DNA of 64,000 nucleotides, from the NCBI GenBank assembly GCA_963790025.1, contig CAWBMP010000004.1, positions 640,001 to 704,000 on the forward strand, written 5' to 3'. How positions within the stretch are numbered: position 1 is the first letter of the stretch; each line of letters begins with the position of its first letter. Below, piece by piece: positions 59,064 to 64,000 of this stretch. Made by a program: the position numbers and the translations under genes. The notes beneath the pieces were generated by a model. That model did no database searches. It was not told the origin of the DNA and saw nothing but the letters and a program-made list of their open reading frames with translations. Source of the stretch: Nitrospirota bacterium. GTDB lineage: Bacteria; Nitrospirota; Thermodesulfovibrionia; Thermodesulfovibrionales; Dissulfurispiraceae.

Positions 59064-59873
59064 ATGTGCGAATTTTGTACTGAACATGGAGATGGCCGCA
59101 TATGGTATAGGAACTCGACGAACTATGCCCAGGACCTTGTATCGGACCTCAACCGTCGAAAATACATAGAACGTTTTTTTGAGACGACAATAAAAAATGG
59201 TTTCCAGACGCTCGGTCGGCTGGAGGTCCTGTTCAGAAAAAAGGGCCGTCTGCCCGGCTCATTAAAAAGAGCGATGGAAGAAAGGGCCCGGATTGAACAC
59301 TTCGGGCAGGTACTTCCGATTGAGGAAATCAGGGATTTGATAATGAGGGCCGGTACGGTAGTTCGAATGCCTTGCGCCTGCCTGTGGACGGCCCGGAAAG
59401 AAGAGAAAAGGTGTTGTTACGGGATCGCTTTCGGCACCGAGCCCTGGTACTCCAACGTTGACATGAGCTACTTCGGGAAGGCGCCTGACGCGGGACTTGA
59501 AGCGCTGACAAAAGAAAAAGCGATAGAACAGATGGAGGAGATGGAAGAAAACGGGGCCATCCATACTATCTGGACGCTGATGACACCATTTATCGGGAGC
59601 GTCTGCAACTGCTCTCTAGACGGGTGTCTTGGCCTGCGCACATTGTCGGGTATCGGTGTGGAAACCATGGCGCGGGCTGAATTCTCAGCCCGGGTGGATG
59701 AAGGGCTGTGCGCCGGGTGCGGTGATTGCATGCCCCGCTGCCAGTTCGATGCCATTAGTGCCAAACATGAAAACGGCAGAGACATCGCGGTCATCGAACC
59801 CGGCAAGTGTTTCGGTTGCGGACTGTGCCGGAAGGCATGCTATGCAGGGGCTATTTCGCTGCAATTGAGATAG
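59064..59873 (+). CDS. 4Fe-4S ferredoxin-domain protein
   Basis: MCEFC, CAC, CNC..C and two CxxCxxCxxxC motifs. Confidence 0.85.
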   Translation: MCEFCTEHGDGRIWYRNSTNYAQDLVSDLNRRKYIERFFETTIKNGFQTLGRLEVLFRKKGRLPGSLKRAMEERARIEHFGQVLPIEEIRDLIMRAGTVVRMPCACLWTARKEEKRCCYGIAFGTEPWYSNVDMSYFGKAPDAGLEALTKEKAIEQMEEMEENGAIHTIWTLMTPFIGSVCNCSLDGCLGLRTLSGIGVETMARAEFSARVDEGLCAGCGDCMPRCQFDAISAKHENGRDIAVIEPGKCFGCGLCRKACYAGAISLQLR

Positions 59874-59901
59874 GATACCACTGCCGTTACGGGATATCAT
59901 T

Positions 59902-60768
59902 TCAATTATACGTCACAATCAGGACAAAACCGGTGAACATCAAAGCAGCGCCAAGCAGCCTCTCCCTTATCCCGTGCTCTTTAAAGAACAGGTGGCCGTA
60001 GAAAACCCCAATTAAGAGGCTCAGCCGCTTTACTGAAATCATATAGGCAACCTTCGTAAGGCCCATGGCCATCATTGCGGTCACATTCATGACAGAATCG
60101 AGCATGCCCGGAAGTATTGTCGCACTGATGGCGCCTTTCTTTAATTGTCCACGTGATTTGTAAAGCGCTATGGGCGTAAACAATACGAAGAGGCTGATGT
60201 AATAAATGACGGCGCAAAAAACCGGTGAGGAGTGCTCAATCGCCTTTTTGCCCAACGCGGAAGTGAAGCTGTAAATGAAGGCCACGGCTATCATCATGAG
60301 CGCTCCTTTCTCTTTTTTTATTGCTGCAAACGGCGCCATAATGCCTTCGCTGAATTTACCGATATTGAGAGTATAGCCGCCGGCGGCAATACACAGGACC
60401 CCGAGAGCTCCGGGGAGCGATATCCTCTCGCCGAGGAGAAGATAAGGGACAATTAACAGAAATACAGGGGTCAACGAGAGAAAAGGCAGTGTAAGGCTCA
60501 TGGGAGATGTCTTCAACGCCCTGGTGAATAGTATAAGCGCACATATTTCCAGGGGCAGCGCCGTCAGAACAGTTCTATAAAAGGTCCTGTCGAGAGGCGG
60601 AACAGGTATAAAAAAAAGACAAGACACAAGGAGCGGCAGTGAAAACACGAGCCTTAGCCAGGCGATGAGATACACTTCATGAACAGAGAGCGCCTTTTTT
60701 GTAAGGGCATCACTGGTTGCAAGTAAAAAGGCGGAAGCCAGGGTCAGCGGTATCCACAGGTTGGTCAT
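59902..60768 (-). CDS. EamA/DMT-family transporter
   Basis: Multi-TM; LTPVF...LLGE; SVKR. Confidence 0.88.
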   Translation of the reverse strand: MTNLWIPLTLASAFLLATSDALTKKALSVHEVYLIAWLRLVFSLPLLVSCLFFIPVPPLDRTFYRTVLTALPLEICALILFTRALKTSPMSLTLPFLSLTPVFLLIVPYLLLGERISLPGALGVLCIAAGGYTLNIGKFSEGIMAPFAAIKKEKGALMMIAVAFIYSFTSALGKKAIEHSSPVFCAVIYYISLFVLFTPIALYKSRGQLKKGAISATILPGMLDSVMNVTAMMAMGLTKVAYMISVKRLSLLIGVFYGHLFFKEHGIRERLLGAALMFTGFVLIVTYN

Positions 60769-60792
60769 TTATCTATTGTAAGGCCCCGGCAC

Positions 60793-62019
60793 TTATTCCT
60801 TCACAAGGCCCATCCTGCCGCCTCTCGGAACGATAGTGACACCCGAGGCCTGATCGATATGACAGCGGAAGCGGTCCTTTTCGGGATTGAATCCGATTTG
60901 TTCGCTGTCTCTGATTACATTTAATTTATCCACGATCACTCTGCGGAGTCTGCACCCTTTCTTTATAGTTACCCGGTCCATGATAATACACTCTTCTACC
61001 GAGACACCGTCCTCAATCGTGACGCCGCTGTGGATGATGGAATTTTGTATCTCAGCTTTCCCGATGATAGACCCTTCTGCGATCAGGCTGTTCTTTATCT
61101 GAGCGTCAAATATCCTGGTCGACGGTCCTTCGTACCCGGAAGGATGAATAGGCCACTGGATGTTATGAGTATCAAAAGGCGGTGTTTCACTCATTAAATC
61201 CATATGGGCGTTGAAATAAGCAGCTATAGACCCCACATCACGCCAGTAGCCCTTTTCCTCGTAAGGTTTCGTCCCTGGAATAGCATTGGTCGCAAAGTCA
61301 TATGCAAAAACCTTTCCTGTGCCGACCATACTGGGGATGATATGGGCGCCAAAGTCATGTTCCTTTTTTTGCCGGGCTTTCACAAGAACATCAATAAGAA
61401 CATCAGTCTTGAATATGTAGTTGCCCATAGACACAAATGCCCTCGAAGTGTCACCGGGCATTGATGCCGGATTTTTAGGTTTCTCCTGGAATCCCGTGAT
61501 GCGGTTATCAGTATCCGTCACGATTACGCCAAAATCCGAAGCCTGTAAGAGCGGCACAGGACGTGCAGCAACCGTCACATAGGCGTCGTTGCTCAGATGA
61601 AAGTCTATCATCTGTCTTATATCCATCCTGTAGATGTGATCGGCCCCGAAAATGATCACAAGGTCCGTATTGTGGTCCTTGATAAGATTAATATTTTGAC
61701 TGACCGCATCCGAAGTGCCCTGGAACCACTCGGGCCCCACACTCATCTGCGGGGGAACAACAGCGACAAAATGGTCCTTTACGATAGAGGAGAAACTCCA
61801 GTGCTGCCTGACATGCTCGATGAGGGACTGGGATTTGTATTGGACAAGAAGATAGATTGAATAGATATGAGAGTTAACGAAATTGCTCAGCACGAAGTCG
61901 ACGATGCGATACCTGCCCCCGAACGGGACCGCCGGCTTGGAGCGAAACACTGTAAGCGGGAAGAGCCGTTCCCCTTTCCCTCCGGCAAGAATTAAAGCAA
62001 GGACCTTCGGATGTGCCAT
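60793..62019 (-). CDS. glgC: Glucose-1-phosphate adenylyltransferase
   Basis: [39 protein letters not shown]. Confidence 0.96.
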   Translation of the reverse strand: MAHPKVLALILAGGKGERLFPLTVFRSKPAVPFGGRYRIVDFVLSNFVNSHIYSIYLLVQYKSQSLIEHVRQHWSFSSIVKDHFVAVVPPQMSVGPEWFQGTSDAVSQNINLIKDHNTDLVIIFGADHIYRMDIRQMIDFHLSNDAYVTVAARPVPLLQASDFGVIVTDTDNRITGFQEKPKNPASMPGDTSRAFVSMGNYIFKTDVLIDVLVKARQKKEHDFGAHIIPSMVGTGKVFAYDFATNAIPGTKPYEEKGYWRDVGSIAAYFNAHMDLMSETPPFDTHNIQWPIHPSGYEGPSTRIFDAQIKNSLIAEGSIIGKAEIQNSIIHSGVTIEDGVSVEECIIMDRVTIKKGCRLRRVIVDKLNVIRDSEQIGFNPEKDRFRCHIDQASGVTIVPRGGRMGLVKE

Positions 62020-62205
62020 ATAAACCTCCCCCCGGCCCACTCACGCAGCCACTTTAATTATAGCAGACAAAATAGAGGCGGGGCTTGCAGCAAGAAAAAT
62101 ATGCAATATGCAGTAAGCAGCAAAGGACAATTAAAAAGACTTATAATTCAATTTCCAAACTTTTTCTTTCGCTGCTTACTGCCTGCTCCTTACTGCTTAC
62201 TTTTC

Positions 62206-63465
62206 TTAGAGTCCGAGTGCCTCAGGTGTGCTTATTTTTCCGAGCACGGCAGTTGCAGCCGCAACAGCAGGATTCGAGAGATACACTTCACTCTCCGGGT
62301 GCCCCATCCTGCCCACAAAATTTCTATTGGTGGTTGCCAGTGCCCTTTCACCTTTGGCAAGGACACCCATATGTCCGCCGAGGCACGGCCCGCAGGTCGG
62401 CGTTGAAACCGCTGCTTCAGCCTCAATAAAAATATCCAGAAGTCCCTCTTTCATGGCCTGCCTGTAAATCTGCTGCGTTGCTGGAAATATGATCATCCTG
62501 ACGTTCGGGTTGACTTTTCTGCCCTTGAGTATCTGTGCAGCCTCGCGCAAGTCTTCAAGCCTGCCGTTTGTGCATGAGCCCACCACTACCTGATCTATAG
62601 TAATATGTGAGAGTTCTGCCGCAGGTTTCGCATTTGAAGGCAGGTGCGGACATGCCACAGTCAACGGAATGCGGGAACAATCATATTCCCTTATTTCTAT
62701 GTAATGCGCGTCAGAGTCGGACTTGTAAAGTGTATATGGACGCCTCGCCCTTCCCTTCACGTACTCCTCTGTTATTGCATCGGGGACAATAATGCCGTTT
62801 TTCCCTCCGGCTTCTATCGCCATATTGCACATAGTGAGTCTTCCGGACATTGAAAGGGTACTGATAGCTTCTCCTTCAAACTCCATTGCCCTGTATAATG
62901 CTCCGTCAACGCCTATGTCACCTATGGTATGCAGAATCAGGTCCTTTCCACTCACCCATTTATTAAGTTTTCCGTAGTAGATGAATTTCATAGATTCCGG
63001 GACCTTGAACCAGCATTCACCGGTTGACATGGCAGCAGCGACATCTGTAGAGCCAACGCCGGTTGCAAAAGCCCCGAGTGCTCCATAGGTGCAGGTATGG
63101 CTGTCGGCTCCAATAACCAAATCACCGGGTCCGACAAGTCCCTGTTCAGGAAGGAACGCATGCTCGATACCCATTCTCCCGACCTCAAAATAGAGGCCCA
63201 GGTCCTGCTCTCTTGAAAATTCCCTCAGCAGTTTGCACTGTTCAGCAGCCTTGATGTCCTTCTGCGGGGTAAAATGGTCAGGGACAAGCGCTACACGGTC
63301 TTTGTTAAAAACATGCTTTGCCCCAGTCTTTTTGAATTCCTGTATGGCAATAGGCGCCGTAATGTCATTGGCAAGGATGAGGTCCACCTTCCCATTCATT
63401 AATTCTCCGGCTGTAACGGACTTTTTCCCGGCATGCGCCGCAAGTATCTTCTCTGTGATGGTCAT
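62206..63465 (-). CDS. leuC: 3-isopropylmalate dehydratase large subunit
   Basis: [26 protein letters not shown]. Confidence 0.93.
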   Translation of the reverse strand: MTITEKILAAHAGKKSVTAGELMNGKVDLILANDITAPIAIQEFKKTGAKHVFNKDRVALVPDHFTPQKDIKAAEQCKLLREFSREQDLGLYFEVGRMGIEHAFLPEQGLVGPGDLVIGADSHTCTYGALGAFATGVGSTDVAAAMSTGECWFKVPESMKFIYYGKLNKWVSGKDLILHTIGDIGVDGALYRAMEFEGEAISTLSMSGRLTMCNMAIEAGGKNGIIVPDAITEEYVKGRARRPYTLYKSDSDAHYIEIREYDCSRIPLTVACPHLPSNAKPAAELSHITIDQVVVGSCTNGRLEDLREAAQILKGRKVNPNVRMIIFPATQQIYRQAMKEGLLDIFIEAEAAVSTPTCGPCLGGHMGVLAKGERALATTNRNFVGRMGHPESEVYLSNPAVAAATAVLGKISTPEALGL

Positions 63466-63547
63466 GTTCCCTCCCGGAATCATAAATGTTGAATATATAT
63501 TATATATTTACTTCAAAAACGTTGACAAGAGATGTGATGGACGAGGG

Positions 63548-63934
63548 TCAATCGCCAAGGTTCTTCAGCTCAGCTGGCAGCCTTTTCGGCCTGCCTTCCC
63601 TGTCAATACAGGCAAAGGTCACATACGCCTCAACTAGAACAATACCGCTCCCGAAAACAAGGTTTTTAAGAATAACGGAAGCTTTTTTCATCTCGGCTAT
63701 CTCGGTGGTAATATCGATGGTCTCTCCCAATCTTGCAGGTCTTTTATAATGGATATCAACATGAGTTACAACGAAAAAAAGCCCCTGATTATGCCATTCT
63801 GCAACGTTGATACCGTGGTTCAGAAGAAACTCGGTCCGTGCCCTTTCGAGGTAGCGCAGATAATTGCCATAGTATACCACCCCTCCGGCATCCGTATCTT
63901 CATAATAGATTTTTACACTGATCTGGTGTGCCAC
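63548..63934 (-). CDS. YbgC/FadM-family acyl-CoA thioesterase
   Basis: YYEDTDAGGVVYYGNYL; GAGGAG SD before GTG. Confidence 0.9.
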   Translation of the reverse strand: MAHQISVKIYYEDTDAGGVVYYGNYLRYLERARTEFLLNHGINVAEWHNQGLFFVVTHVDIHYKRPARLGETIDITTEIAEMKKASVILKNLVFGSGIVLVEAYVTFACIDREGRPKRLPAELKNLGD

Positions 63935-64000
63935 TTTCTCCTCCCTCAAACGACGATTATTATTCTTGCAGAAGACCGCAGGAAAAAGAAAGTGACAAAT

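Noticed and set aside
1..64000. CRISPR array, rRNA, intact prophage, selC
   Set aside because: None seen by eye: no regularly spaced repeat-spacer units, rRNA-like tracts, phage structural genes or tRNA-Sec.

Overview
64 kb of bacterial chromosome from an anaerobe that uses selenocysteine; gene content suggests Nitrospirota (Thermodesulfovibrionia-like) or Desulfobacterota, which is an inference. The left ~27.6 kb is an accessory stress/metal region ending at the 3' end of tRNA-Pro(GGG), next to a phage-integrase remnant. It holds: (i) a YHS-msrA-msrB operon followed by an unannotated exported 99-aa ORF with an in-frame UGA and a SECIS-like hairpin (candidate new selenoprotein), beside an OmpR-type two-component system; (ii) a TunR-like regulator facing an operon of USP, chromate-transporter and tungstate ABC (tupABC) genes; (iii) an operon DGC-arsR-arsC-acr3-CoA-disulfide reductase-hgcA-hgcB-mtrA-like, placing the mercury-methylation genes and a second corrinoid protein inside an arsenic-resistance operon; (iv) on the opposite strand, a collapsed fossil second copy of the arsR-hgcA-hgcB operon, plus other deletion scars. 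The right part is mostly housekeeping: ihfA, dksA, Dpp-like ABC, amidase, RND efflux, a selenocysteine formate dehydrogenase, a second tupA, AhpF-like, glgC and leuC. It also carries a c-di-GMP-I riboswitch, several apparently leaderless genes, a probable ATT start codon and palindromic/heptamer repeats. All family calls come from motif recognition by eye; no searches were run.
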